Under the pieces are notes generated by a model. The model had not been told where the DNA came from, did not search any database, and worked only from the letters and a program-made list of their open reading frames with translations. Positions 30,980 to 41,851 of a stretch of 64,000 nt of DNA are shown piece by piece. Each line of letters opens with the position of its first letter. Within the stretch, counting starts at the first letter, position 1. The DNA is from Thermoanaerobaculia bacterium (GTDB lineage Bacteria; Acidobacteriota; Thermoanaerobaculia; UBA5066). The stretch is from assembly GCA_963719225.1 (NCBI GenBank), contig CAVRAY010000001.1, positions 96,001-160,000 on the forward strand, given 5' to 3'. A program made the translations under genes and the position numbers.

Positions 30980-32170
30980 TCACCGCTCTTCGCGCGGGAA
31001 GTCCACCGGCTGCTCGACGGCCCAGGCGATCGCCCTGGGGATGGCGTCGGCGGCGAGGCCTTTCCAGTAGACGACCCAGTCCGGCACCCGGACGAGGCCG
31101 TCGCAGAGCTTCACGTACCACTCGCTGATCGGATTCGTCCGCCGCGCGCGCCAGAACACGACGGGCGTGTCGGCGGCGAGCGCCTCCCAGAGGTCGCGGG
31201 CGATGCCTTCCCCCTGCGCCTCGGGTGAGACCGCGAACTTCGTGAGGTACGGGCCGAGCGGCGTATGAACGAGGATCGCGCAGCCCCGGTAGTTTTCCTC
31301 GAGGTAGACACGCCACGGTTCCCTCGCGAAGAAAGCCTCGCTCGCGGCGCGCCCGAAGCTCGACGTCAGGAGTTCGCGCAGGCGCGCCATGTCCACGCCG
31401 TCCCAGCCTTGCCGGCGGACGATGCGGGCTCCGCGCCGGAGGAGCGTGCCGGCCCCTTTGACCGTGAAGAGCTCGCGAAGAACGTTGAGAGGCGACGTGA
31501 TCGCGACCGTGAAGGGCAAGGGCGCCGCCGCCTCGCAGAACCGCCGCGCGTGCTCGAGGATGAGCGCCTCCTTGTGCGAGATCTCGCGGCTCGCGGTGAG
31601 CGCGGGGACATCGGTCGTCAGGTTCACGAGCGGGACGAGGACCCCGCCCTGGCGCAGGCCGCCGGGGCGGTGGAGGAAGAGGAGCTTCCTCGTCTGGAGC
31701 TCGCGGAGCAGGACGCCGAGCCGCGTGAGCCGGTCGCCGGGCTGCTCGCCCGCGGACGGCTCGAAGACGATGACCGGCACCCGCCCGGCCGCGGCGGCGG
31801 CCACGAGGCGCGCGGCGAGCCCGGGCGTTGCCGCCGGCAGCTCTTCGAGGCCCACGCCCTCCGCCTCGAGGTGGCGGGCGAGGACGCGGGCGTGCCCCGC
31901 CGCGTCGCCGGGCTGGAAGATCCCGAGGACGACGGTCGGGAAGAGGTCGAGGGCGGCGAGGAACCGGAGGTCCTGGACGACCGCGTCGGCCGCGCCGGCC
32001 ATGACGTTCGCATCGATCGCCAGCGCCGCGAATTGCTCCCGCGGTCGTGCGCGAAACATGTCCAGGTAGAGCCGCGCCTCGGACGGGCGTCCGGTGCTCT
32101 CGAGGAAGCGCAGGACGACGTCCTGCGGCGAGAGGTCGGAGACGGAAGGGGCGGGGCCGTCGGGGCTCAT
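30980..32170 (-). CDS. Vertebrate-like N-acetylglutamate synthase (degenerate AAK + NAT/DUF619 domain)
   Basis: ELFTVKGAGTL, YLTKFAV, QGEG, FWRARRTNPISEWY. Confidence 0.78.
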   Translation of the reverse strand: MSPDGPAPSVSDLSPQDVVLRFLESTGRPSEARLYLDMFRARPREQFAALAIDANVMAGAADAVVQDLRFLAALDLFPTVVLGIFQPGDAAGHARVLARHLEAEGVGLEELPAATPGLAARLVAAAAAGRVPVIVFEPSAGEQPGDRLTRLGVLLRELQTRKLLFLHRPGGLRQGGVLVPLVNLTTDVPALTASREISHKEALILEHARRFCEAAAPLPFTVAITSPLNVLRELFTVKGAGTLLRRGARIVRRQGWDGVDMARLRELLTSSFGRAASEAFFAREPWRVYLEENYRGCAILVHTPLGPYLTKFAVSPEAQGEGIARDLWEALAADTPVVFWRARRTNPISEWYVKLCDGLVRVPDWVVYWKGLAADAIPRAIAWAVEQPVDFPREER

Positions 32171-32313
32171 GACCTCCGGAGCATACGGAGTCCCGTGAAG
32201 CCCTGACGCCCGGGTCCCGAAGTGGGGTAGTCTTCCTCCCGCGCGACATCTCTTCGTGACGGCGCGCGGGCCCCCGATCTCTTGCGGACGTTCGACGCGC
32301 CGGGGAGGAAACG

Positions 32314-35300
32314 ATGAGGCCGATTCGTTGGGTACCGCCGCTGATCGTGTCCCTGCTCGTCGCCTGCACGCCGACGACGCTGCCGCCGCTCGGTCCGAAC
32401 GCCGTCCGGTTCTACGGTTCCACGCAGAACCAGAACAAGTTCGACAAGCTCAACGTGACGAAGTGCCCGAAGCCCGGGGGAGATCAAAAGCCTCCCGGCG
32501 CGCCCGGCGGCGGGGGAGGCGGCGAGGCCGACGATCCGCCGCTGAACGTCTTCTCGGTCATCGTGGACACGAACGATCACCGGTTCACGGGGACCCAGGC
32601 CGACGCGACGGCTTACCGCGATGCGAAAAAGGCGGACTACGAAAGCCACTCGAACGATTTCTGGAAGGAGGCGTCCTTCGGGAACGTCAGCATCACGATG
32701 AAGATGTTCGACAAGGTGCTGAAGCTGAGCGGCGCCTTCGACGACTACTTCAACCGGCCGTTCGTGAACGCGTCGCTCCTCTCCCAGGGGCTCGCGTCCG
32801 CGTTTCCGATCACGCTCGCGGCGGGCACCAAGGTCACGTTCCAGGTGAAGGACGGCCACGGCCGCGACGTCAGTTTCGACTTCGCGGCTTCCGGAACGTT
32901 CGCGGACGCGGCCGCTCTCGCGCCGCTCTGCCAGAACGCGTTCAACGCGGCGCCGGGCGTTCCGAGCCCGTGGGTGACGTGTGTCGCGTCCGGCAACGAG
33001 CTGTCGATGACGCTCGACACGCTGGAGACGGCCGAAGGCTCGCTCATCAGGGTGAAGAGCGTCACCGGCACGTTTCCGGGCTTCAACGGCCCGGACGAGC
33101 CGCCCGGGAACGGGGCGCAGGCTTCTCTCACCGGCAAGGCGGTGACGGGTCCGATCGCGCTCGACGGCACGGAGCACGTCATCATCGAGGTGCGCGACAA
33201 GAACTACAGGACGAGGACCTACGACGTCGCGCTCGCGGCGGGGTCGCTGCCCGACGCTTCGTCCCTCGCCCCGCTCCTCATCCCGAAGCTCAACTCGGAG
33301 TTCAACTGGGTCGAAACCGGCAGCGCTGGATCCAACCGCCTTGCGCTTCGCGTGAAGGCCGGCGACTCGGGGCCGAACGCGTCGATCCGGATCGTGGCGG
33401 GCGGCGGCCCCGCGAAGCTGGGTCTCGACGGACCGTCCCGGGTCGACGGCGTGATCGACGCGGCGGGCACCTCCACCGTGCGCGGCGACTGGTCGAAGAC
33501 GATCGCCGAAGCGCTCTCGCTCTACGTCAAGCAGCGCATGGCCGATCAGGGCAAGCCGATCGATTCGGCCCACCAGGGCGATCTCGACGCCATCGTCAAC
33601 AACGAGCTATCGGGTTTCGACTCCTATCTCGTCCTCTTCGTGGACCAGACGACCGGTATTCCCGGCCGGCGCGCCGGTGCCAGCGGCGGCTACTTCGACC
33701 TGAGCGTTCCCGGCAGCGGCACTTACGTCTACCAGAAGCAGCTCCAGGCGCGGCTCATGCTCGGCGAGGGCGCCGAGCCATGGCAGACCTGGGCCCACGA
33801 GCTCGGCCACAACCTCGGCTTTTGGGATTTGTACTGGAAGCCGGACTACGACACGCACTACGACCAGACGAACGACGCGCTCCACACCTGGAGCATCATG
33901 GCGGCGAGCTCGGTCGCGGACCACCCGGAGTCGTGGCACAAGCACAACATCGGCTGGATCACGAACTTCTCCGAGGTCGTGGCGCCCCCGATGGGAGCCA
34001 CCGAGACACACACGTTCACGCTCGTCCCGCTGGAGAGGAAGTTCTCGGACTATCCGGGTTTCGGCAGCAGCTCCGAGCCCGCCGCCCAGCTCGTGCGTAT
34101 CAAGCTCTCGGCCCAGCACTGGGTGCACCTCGAGAACCGGCAGCCGGGAGCGACGTTCTCCCAGCGGCTGCCGGACGACGTGTTCGGCTGGTCGCCGGCG
34201 AACGCCGGCGGTGAAGCAGGTGGCCTCCTCGTGACCGACACGGTGGATCCGAACGCGCCGTTCTTCTATCGGCCGGCCGTGACGGTCCTGAATCCCGACG
34301 GCTCGGGTGCCCCGCCCGCCGGCACCGCGCTGCAGGCGCGCGGGATGAAGGACGGCGATTCGCTGGAGCTGAAGAACGCCTATCCGGCCTACGACGGGAT
34401 CAAGATCGCGGTCGTCGGCAAGGTGCCGGGCCCGGCCGGTAAGCCCGAAGCGCTCAAGGTCGCGGTCACACGGGGCCCGGGGGACTTCCTCGATCTCGAG
34501 ATCCGGCCGTGGCACGCGCCGGACGTCTACGCGACACCCGACATCTGGATCGACTGGGCGGGCAACGGCAGCGAGGACTACCCGACGACTGACCCTCCGC
34601 TCGGAAGCGGCGACCAGGTCCACTGGGATCCGGACGGCAAAGTCGCGAACACCGTCAAGGTGCGCGTCCACAACAACGGCACGATCCTGGGGAAGGGCGT
34701 CGTCGTACGAGCTTTTCACAACGAGCCCATCGGGATGGGCGACCACGGCACGTTCCAGCCGTTCCCGAACTCGGCGCCGCAGGACATCCCGGCGGGAGAG
34801 TTCCGCGACTTCGCGTTCGAGTGGAAGCCGACGGCAAGCGGCCATACCTGCATCCGGGCCGACATCTTCACGCACGACTCCGCGCTCGGGGACCTCGACC
34901 CGACCAACAACAGCGCGCAGGAGAACATCACGGACTTCTTCCCGACCGCGGGGAGCCCCTACACGCCGGTCGCCTTCGACTTCAAGCTCACGAACGGCTA
35001 CGACCATCCCGTCGAGGCGGAGCTGATCCCGTCCGGCCTCGCCGACGGGATGGACCTCGAAGTCGAGACGCGGTACGTGAAGCTCGGTCCGAAGGAGGAG
35101 CGGAAGCTCAAGGGGCGGCTCTACGTGGACGAGACCAAGATCCCGCCGGGGCCGAAGGCGCGCCGCAAGTGCGATTACCGGTTCAACCTTCACGCATTCC
35201 AGAGGACTCCCGATTCGATCCTCCCCTTCGGCGGCGTGACGGTGAACGTCACGCCGAGCTTCGGCTCGAGGCTCGTTTTCCGGGAGATCAAGCGCGCGAC

Positions 35301-35553
35301 CGAAGGCGGAGTCTCGATCACGCACGTGAGCGGCCGCCTCGACGGGCCGTTCAACTCCGGACAGACCGTGGACGTCGCGGTGGTCGGCCCCGACGGTGTT
35401 TCCTACGGGGGAACCGCCGTGACTGGGGGAGGCGGCGGCTTCTCGATTCAGGTGAAGGGAGTCCCGCCGGGACCCGCGCGCGTGATGCTGTATTACTTCG
35501 GCCCGGACATGACGGCCTCGTCGGCCGGGCCCAGGATCGTGACGATTTCGTGA
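32314..35553 (+). CDS. M6 (immune inhibitor A-like) metalloprotease lipoprotein
   Basis: Lipobox LVAC, AHELGHNLGFWDLY, WSIMA Met-turn, ENR, C-terminal Ig-like domains. Confidence 0.85.
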   Translation: MRPIRWVPPLIVSLLVACTPTTLPPLGPNAVRFYGSTQNQNKFDKLNVTKCPKPGGDQKPPGAPGGGGGGEADDPPLNVFSVIVDTNDHRFTGTQADATAYRDAKKADYESHSNDFWKEASFGNVSITMKMFDKVLKLSGAFDDYFNRPFVNASLLSQGLASAFPITLAAGTKVTFQVKDGHGRDVSFDFAASGTFADAAALAPLCQNAFNAAPGVPSPWVTCVASGNELSMTLDTLETAEGSLIRVKSVTGTFPGFNGPDEPPGNGAQASLTGKAVTGPIALDGTEHVIIEVRDKNYRTRTYDVALAAGSLPDASSLAPLLIPKLNSEFNWVETGSAGSNRLALRVKAGDSGPNASIRIVAGGGPAKLGLDGPSRVDGVIDAAGTSTVRGDWSKTIAEALSLYVKQRMADQGKPIDSAHQGDLDAIVNNELSGFDSYLVLFVDQTTGIPGRRAGASGGYFDLSVPGSGTYVYQKQLQARLMLGEGAEPWQTWAHELGHNLGFWDLYWKPDYDTHYDQTNDALHTWSIMAASSVADHPESWHKHNIGWITNFSEVVAPPMGATETHTFTLVPLERKFSDYPGFGSSSEPAAQLVRIKLSAQHWVHLENRQPGATFSQRLPDDVFGWSPANAGGEAGGLLVTDTVDPNAPFFYRPAVTVLNPDGSGAPPAGTALQARGMKDGDSLELKNAYPAYDGIKIAVVGKVPGPAGKPEALKVAVTRGPGDFLDLEIRPWHAPDVYATPDIWIDWAGNGSEDYPTTDPPLGSGDQVHWDPDGKVANTVKVRVHNNGTILGKGVVVRAFHNEPIGMGDHGTFQPFPNSAPQDIPAGEFRDFAFEWKPTASGHTCIRADIFTHDSALGDLDPTNNSAQENITDFFPTAGSPYTPVAFDFKLTNGYDHPVEAELIPSGLADGMDLEVETRYVKLGPKEERKLKGRLYVDETKIPPGPKARRKCDYRFNLHAFQRTPDSILPFGGVTVNVTPSFGSRLVFREIKRATEGGVSITHVSGRLDGPFNSGQTVDVAVVGPDGVSYGGTAVTGGGGGFSIQVKGVPPGPARVMLYYFGPDMTASSAGPRIVTIS

Positions 35554-35556
35554 GGG

Positions 35557-35596
35557 GGCCGCCCCGAAGGGCGCCTAAGGGTCCTTCGGGGCGGCC
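35557..35596. terminator. 14-bp perfect inverted repeat between convergent genes
   Basis: GGCCGCCCCGAAGG / CCTTCGGGGCGGCC. Confidence 0.55.
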
Positions 35597-36081
35597 GTCG
35601 CCGGGGCGGGTCCCGCGGTCTCCGGAGGCTTGACGCGCGCCTGCCAGCCTTCCGGCAGGATGAGGACGACCTCTCCGGGCTTCACGAGGTTCAGCACCTC
35701 GCGGGCCGTCTTCTCGACGGCCTTCGGGTCGCTCTTGAGCGCCGCGACCTCGGCTTCGAGCTTCCGGTTCTCCTCGTCGAGCTGCGCGACCTCGTCGTGC
35801 ATCTTCGCGAGCTGGAGGCGCTGACGCCTCACCTGAAGCAGGCCGTGCTCGTTCACGAGGAAGAATCCGAAGACGAGCACCGAGAAGAGAAGAGAGACCG
35901 CGACGTAGGACGCGGGCTTCACGTGCGGGACATCGGGGCGCGCGCCGGAAGCCGGCGCCGGGGTCTCGGGCGCGAGCTCGGGCAAGGGGCGCGGCTCCTC
36001 CCGCCGCGTCGACGCGGGCAGCCGCTTCACCCCGACGATCCGGGGCGGACCCTCACCGCCGACGATTCGCTCGAACCGCAC
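35575..36081 (-). CDS. ftsB: Septum formation initiator FtsB/DivIC
   Basis: TM, coiled coil, AREVLNLVKPGE; downstream of eno. Confidence 0.85.
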   Translation of the reverse strand: MRFERIVGGEGPPRIVGVKRLPASTRREEPRPLPELAPETPAPASGARPDVPHVKPASYVAVSLLFSVLVFGFFLVNEHGLLQVRRQRLQLAKMHDEVAQLDEENRKLEAEVAALKSDPKAVEKTAREVLNLVKPGEVVLILPEGWQARVKPPETAGPAPATAAPKDP

Positions 36082-36112
36082 GGGACATTTTCGCGCGAAA
36101 CGAGCGCACGCG

Positions 36113-37402
<1,290 letters not shown>

Positions 37403-38803
37403 CTACCCGTTCAAAACATACTTCTTCGCAGCGTCCAGAAGTCTCTCGGTCTCGTTCATGTCCGCCGACTCCGCATAAATCCTCACGACCGGCTCCGTCC
37501 CCGACGGTCGGAAAAGGATCCAGCGGCCATCTCCCAGCAGGAGCTTCTGTCCGTCTGTCCGGTCGATCGACTGCACCTTCAGCCCGGCGAAGGTGTCCGG
37601 GTTCTCGGCAAGCCTCTTTTTCATCGCGGCGGCGAGAGCGGAATCGAGGCGCGCGTCCGCGCGTCTCGGGTGAAACGAGCCGACGCGCCGGAAGAGCTTC
37701 GAAAGGAGGGCCGAAAGCCTCTCGCCGGTCGTGGCCACGACCTCGGCGAGGAGAAGCCCCGCGAGGAGCCCGTCCTTTTCCGGAACGTGACCCGCCATCG
37801 TGAAGCCGGCGGACTCCTCGCCCCCGAGCGCGATCGCGTCCTTCAGGAGGAGCTCGCCGATGTACTTGAAGCCGACGGGCGTCTCGAAGACGGGGGCGCC
37901 GTAGGCCTTCGCGACGGCGTCGAGGCCGTGCGTCGTCGCGACCGAGCGCGCGACGCCGCGGGCGTCGTCCGGCTTGCGGCGAGAGAGCAGGAGATCGGCG
38001 AGGAGCATGAGGCACAGGTTCGGATCGACGTACCGGCCGTCGGCGTCGAGGACGCCGAAACGGTCCGCATCCCCGTCCGTCGCGAGGCCGAGATGGCGCT
38101 TTCCGGAGACGACCACCCCCTGGAGCGCGCCGAGGTTCTTCTCGTCGCACTGCGGCGAGAGGCCGCCGAAGTACGGGTCGCGATGCCCGTTGATGAGCTC
38201 GACGTCGACTCCCGCCTCCCGGAGAAAAGCGTCGAGATACCCGCGCGACGTGCCGAAGCGCGGGTCGACGGCCACGCGGAGGTTCGCTTTCCGTAGCGCC
38301 GCGGTGTCCACGAACGTCGCGAGCCGCTCGAGGTAGGGTCCGCGCGGATCGATGGCGTCGGCCGAAGCCGGCGGCGCGGATTCCGCGTCGGCCTCCGAGG
38401 TCTTCGCGATCTCGGCCTCGATCTTCGCCGTGACGTCGGGGAGCGCCGGCGCGCCGTCGGCCGTCGAGAACTTGATGCCGTTGAACTCGGGCGGATTGTG
38501 CGAGGCGGTGAAGTTCACGCCGCCCGCGGCGCCGAGGCGCCGGATCGTGAACGCGACCGTGGGCGTCGGGACGTCCCGATCGGCGCGGAGGGGGCGGACG
38601 CCTTCCCTCACGAGAACGCGAGACGCCTCGTCCACGAACCTCTCGTTCAAAAAACGCGTGTCCGACGCGAGGACCAGGCTCGGAGAAACCACGCCCGACG
38701 CGGTCGTGACCCGTGCGATCGCCGTCACGACGCGCCGCGCGTTCGGGAACGTGAACTCTTCCCCGAGAACGGCCCGCCAGCCGGATGTGCCGAAGCGGAT
38801 CAT
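37403..38803 (-). CDS. Phosphoglucomutase/phosphomannomutase
   Basis: FGTSG, TASHNP, DGDADR, GEES, RPSGTEP. Confidence 0.95.
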   Translation of the reverse strand: MIRFGTSGWRAVLGEEFTFPNARRVVTAIARVTTASGVVSPSLVLASDTRFLNERFVDEASRVLVREGVRPLRADRDVPTPTVAFTIRRLGAAGGVNFTASHNPPEFNGIKFSTADGAPALPDVTAKIEAEIAKTSEADAESAPPASADAIDPRGPYLERLATFVDTAALRKANLRVAVDPRFGTSRGYLDAFLREAGVDVELINGHRDPYFGGLSPQCDEKNLGALQGVVVSGKRHLGLATDGDADRFGVLDADGRYVDPNLCLMLLADLLLSRRKPDDARGVARSVATTHGLDAVAKAYGAPVFETPVGFKYIGELLLKDAIALGGEESAGFTMAGHVPEKDGLLAGLLLAEVVATTGERLSALLSKLFRRVGSFHPRRADARLDSALAAAMKKRLAENPDTFAGLKVQSIDRTDGQKLLLGDGRWILFRPSGTEPVVRIYAESADMNETERLLDAAKKYVLNG

Positions 38804-38822
38804 CAGGCCGTAGGATTCTACG

Positions 38823-39788
38823 GTGCCGCGGATTCACGTCCTCGATCGGAGGTCCCCGTGGGCCGTGGCCCTGCTGGCCGCGGCATGCACCTCGGCGCCG
38901 CGCCCCCGCGAGACGCCCATCCCGACGGTGCGCCGGGGCCCGGAGCGCTCAGCGACGACGTACGAGGAGCACTATCCGAAGGCCAAGGCCCGGCTCCTCG
39001 CACGCCTGAACGAGGAGAGGCGGGCCGCGGGCGCGCCGCCCGTCGCGTACGATCTTTTCGCCGCCCGCGTCGGCGACGCGTTCTGTCTCGACACGGCGAG
39101 GACGCGCTCCACCGGTCACTGGGACACGGCCGGCCGGCCGCCTTATCTTCGCTGGGGCCTCGCGGGCGGCGTGGACTATCACGCCGAGAACCTCGGCTCG
39201 CTCACGCGCGTGGGAGCGGACGTCGACGAGGCCGAGGTGCCCGCGCTCCTTCTCGACGCGCACGAAAGGATGATGGCCGAGCGCCCGCCCGACGATGGCC
39301 ACCGCCGCACGGTTCTCGACCCGGCATGGACGCACGTGGGCATCGGCGCCGCAACCGTCGGCGGCGAGTTCCGCATGGCCGAGGAGTTCAGCCGGCATGT
39401 CGTCGAATGGGTCGAGGTGCCGGCCGGGCCGCTTCCCGCCGGCACGCGTGCATCCTTCGCCGTGAAGCTGCCCGCGGGATGGTCGCTCGCCTCGATCGAA
39501 GTCGGATTCGAGCCGCCCGCGCGGCCGATGTCCCGCGCGGAGATCGCCCGGCGCGGGTCGTACGCGTATCCCGGCGTCTCTCAGAGCTTCCTCGCCCGCG
39601 CGCCCGCGAATTTCCAGTATCCGGACGGCTCGCGCGGCGAGGTCGGCCTCCTGCAAAGCCTGGCTCGGGTCGACATCCCGCTTCTGTCGGGCGCGGGCAA
39701 TTACTACGTCTTCGTCTACGCGGCCCCGGGCTCGGTCGCGAGGCGCAGGCTCTCGCCCCTCACGGCGGCGTTGATCCAGGCCAAGTAA
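38823..39788 (+). CDS. CAP domain lipoprotein
   Basis: LAAAC lipobox; AENL, GHRRTVL, THVGIG. Confidence 0.8.
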   Translation: MPRIHVLDRRSPWAVALLAAACTSAPRPRETPIPTVRRGPERSATTYEEHYPKAKARLLARLNEERRAAGAPPVAYDLFAARVGDAFCLDTARTRSTGHWDTAGRPPYLRWGLAGGVDYHAENLGSLTRVGADVDEAEVPALLLDAHERMMAERPPDDGHRRTVLDPAWTHVGIGAATVGGEFRMAEEFSRHVVEWVEVPAGPLPAGTRASFAVKLPAGWSLASIEVGFEPPARPMSRAEIARRGSYAYPGVSQSFLARAPANFQYPDGSRGEVGLLQSLARVDIPLLSGAGNYYVFVYAAPGSVARRRLSPLTAALIQAK

Positions 39789-39800
39789 CCCGAAGGGGGC

Positions 39801-39829
39801 CCGGGGGAAACAAGGATTGTTTCCCCCGG
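39801..39829. repeat. 13-bp perfect palindrome upstream of thyX
   Basis: CCGGGGGAAACAA-GGA-TTGTTTCCCCCGG. Confidence 0.7.
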
Positions 39830-39845
39830 CTAGACTCCCATCCGA

Positions 39846-41492
39846 ATGACCGAGTTCACCGAGACAGAAGCACGACGGCTCGCACCTTTCTTCACGAACG
39901 TCGACGCGCCCGTCTTCGGCCTGAAGCTCCCGCAGGAAGTCGCGGGAGCGCTCTTCTCGCGCTACAGCCGGACCGCGAAGAGCCTGAGGCGCGTCTTCCT
40001 CGACGAGTTCGTCGGGGAGCAGGGCCTGGCCGAAGGGCTCCTCGGCGGGGGCGCCGTGGACGACGGCGAGGCGCTGCAAAAGGCGCGTGCCTTCTACGAC
40101 CGCGTGCTCGTGGGCTACGGCGACGACTCCGTCGCGCAGCTCGGCGGCGCGCATCTCGCGGTCGAGTGCGTCTCGAACGTGGCCGCGCAGGTGCTGGAGG
40201 ACGCCCGCATCGGAATCGCGTTCCTCGAGAAGTCCACGCGGTACGTCCGGTTCGACCAGCGTGACGGGTCCGGGGACTTCCTCTGGTTCCGCGAGCCGTC
40301 CCTCATGGCCTCCCGGCACCGCGACGCTTACGTCGCGCTCATGGACCGCCTCTTCACGACGTACGCGGCGCAGATCGATCCGATGATCGCCCACATCGAG
40401 CGCGTCCTCCCGATCGAGTCAGTGGCCGTGCGCCACCCGAAGACGGGCGAGCCGCTGGACTGGGTGGACGTGAAACGCGACGAGGAGCTCCTCAAGGCGG
40501 CGCGGCGCGCGTACGGGGCGACGGTCCGGGCGCACGCCTGCGACGTCATGCGGAGCTATCTGCCCGCGGCCACGCTCACGAATCTCGGCATCTTCGCGAC
40601 GGGACAGGCCTTCGAGCATCTCCTGAACCGGCTCCACTCCCACCCCGCGGGCGAGTGCCGCGCGCTCGCCTCCACGATGCGCGGCGAGCTCGACCTCCTG
40701 ATCCCGTCCTTCGTGAAGCGGTCGGCGAAGAGCGCGTGGCGGGAAGGGCTGCGCCTCAACGCCGCGGCGGCCGCGACACGCGCGCTTCCCTCCGGTGAGG
40801 TCGCGGCTCCGGGGGTGAGGCTCGTGGACTTCGATCCCGACGGGGAAGCGAAGGTCCTCGCGGCGCTCCTCTATCCCCACACGGACGTGCCGCTCGCCGA
40901 CGTGCGCAGGCGCGTCGGGCGAATGAACGCGCTCGAGCGCGGCGCGCTTCTCTCGTCCCTCGCCGCGGGCCGGCGGAACCGGCGCGACAAGCCGCCTCGT
41001 GCGCTCGAGGAGGCCGCCTACACGTTCGACCTCCTCGGGAATCTAGGCATCTATCGCGATCTCCACCGTCACAGAATCCTCTCGCAGGAGCGCCAGCCGT
41101 TCACGACGGCGCACGGATACGACACGCCGCCCGAGATCCTGGAAGCCGGGCACGGGGCAGTCTTCGAATCGTGCCTGGCCCAGGCTCACGACCTTCACGA
41201 GGCCGTCAAACCGGAACATCCCGCCGAGGCGCCTTACGTCGTTCCGTTCGCGTTCCACGTGCGCTGGTACGTGACGCTGAACCTGCGGGAGGCCGTCCAT
41301 CTCTGCGAGCTTCGTTCGATGCCGCAGGGGCACCCCGATTACCGGCTCGTCGTGCAGGAGATCTGGCGTCGCATCGAGGAGGTCCATCCGGCTCTCGCCG
41401 CCTGGGGTGGATTCGTGAACCGCGACACCTACCGCCTCGGCCGCCTTCAGTCCGAGATGCGCACGGAGTGGAAACGCGCGGGCGGCGCCTGA
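39846..41492 (+). CDS. thyX: FAD-dependent thymidylate synthase, two-domain type
   Basis: YGDDSVAQL, EKSTRY, RDLHRHR, ELRSMPQGH. Confidence 0.9.
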   Translation: MTEFTETEARRLAPFFTNVDAPVFGLKLPQEVAGALFSRYSRTAKSLRRVFLDEFVGEQGLAEGLLGGGAVDDGEALQKARAFYDRVLVGYGDDSVAQLGGAHLAVECVSNVAAQVLEDARIGIAFLEKSTRYVRFDQRDGSGDFLWFREPSLMASRHRDAYVALMDRLFTTYAAQIDPMIAHIERVLPIESVAVRHPKTGEPLDWVDVKRDEELLKAARRAYGATVRAHACDVMRSYLPAATLTNLGIFATGQAFEHLLNRLHSHPAGECRALASTMRGELDLLIPSFVKRSAKSAWREGLRLNAAAAATRALPSGEVAAPGVRLVDFDPDGEAKVLAALLYPHTDVPLADVRRRVGRMNALERGALLSSLAAGRRNRRDKPPRALEEAAYTFDLLGNLGIYRDLHRHRILSQERQPFTTAHGYDTPPEILEAGHGAVFESCLAQAHDLHEAVKPEHPAEAPYVVPFAFHVRWYVTLNLREAVHLCELRSMPQGHPDYRLVVQEIWRRIEEVHPALAAWGGFVNRDTYRLGRLQSEMRTEWKRAGGA

Positions 41493-41496
41493 AGGA

Positions 41497-41781
41497 TCAC
41501 TCCGGCGCCGTCAACGCCTCGAGACCAGCGAGGATCGAGGCTGGGTCCTCGTCCGGGCGCGCGAGATAGACAGGCATCGCCCCGGGGATCTCGTGGTAGA
41601 TCTCCATGAGGACCTCCGGAGCGTCCGTGACGACGGCGTCCATCCGCGCCGATCTGCCGAGACGCTCGAGAATCGCTTCCAGTCCCCGCTCCCCGAGAAA
41701 CGTCGTCGTGGCCGGCGCGAGCGCGCGCAGCTCGTCGAGCAGTTGGTGCCGCTCGAGCGTCGCGACGAGAACGTGGAGCAT
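41497..41781 (-). CDS. Hypothetical small protein (degenerate receiver-like)
   Basis: Fills the gap; alpha/beta pattern with DAVVTD. Confidence 0.5.
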   Translation of the reverse strand: MLHVLVATLERHQLLDELRALAPATTTFLGERGLEAILERLGRSARMDAVVTDAPEVLMEIYHEIPGAMPVYLARPDEDPASILAGLEALTAPE

Positions 41782-41851
41782 GGATCGGGCTCCTCTCCGT
41801 TGCCTTGCAAACGGAAAGCCGCGGGCCGAGGATGACGGCAGGCGGCTCTCC

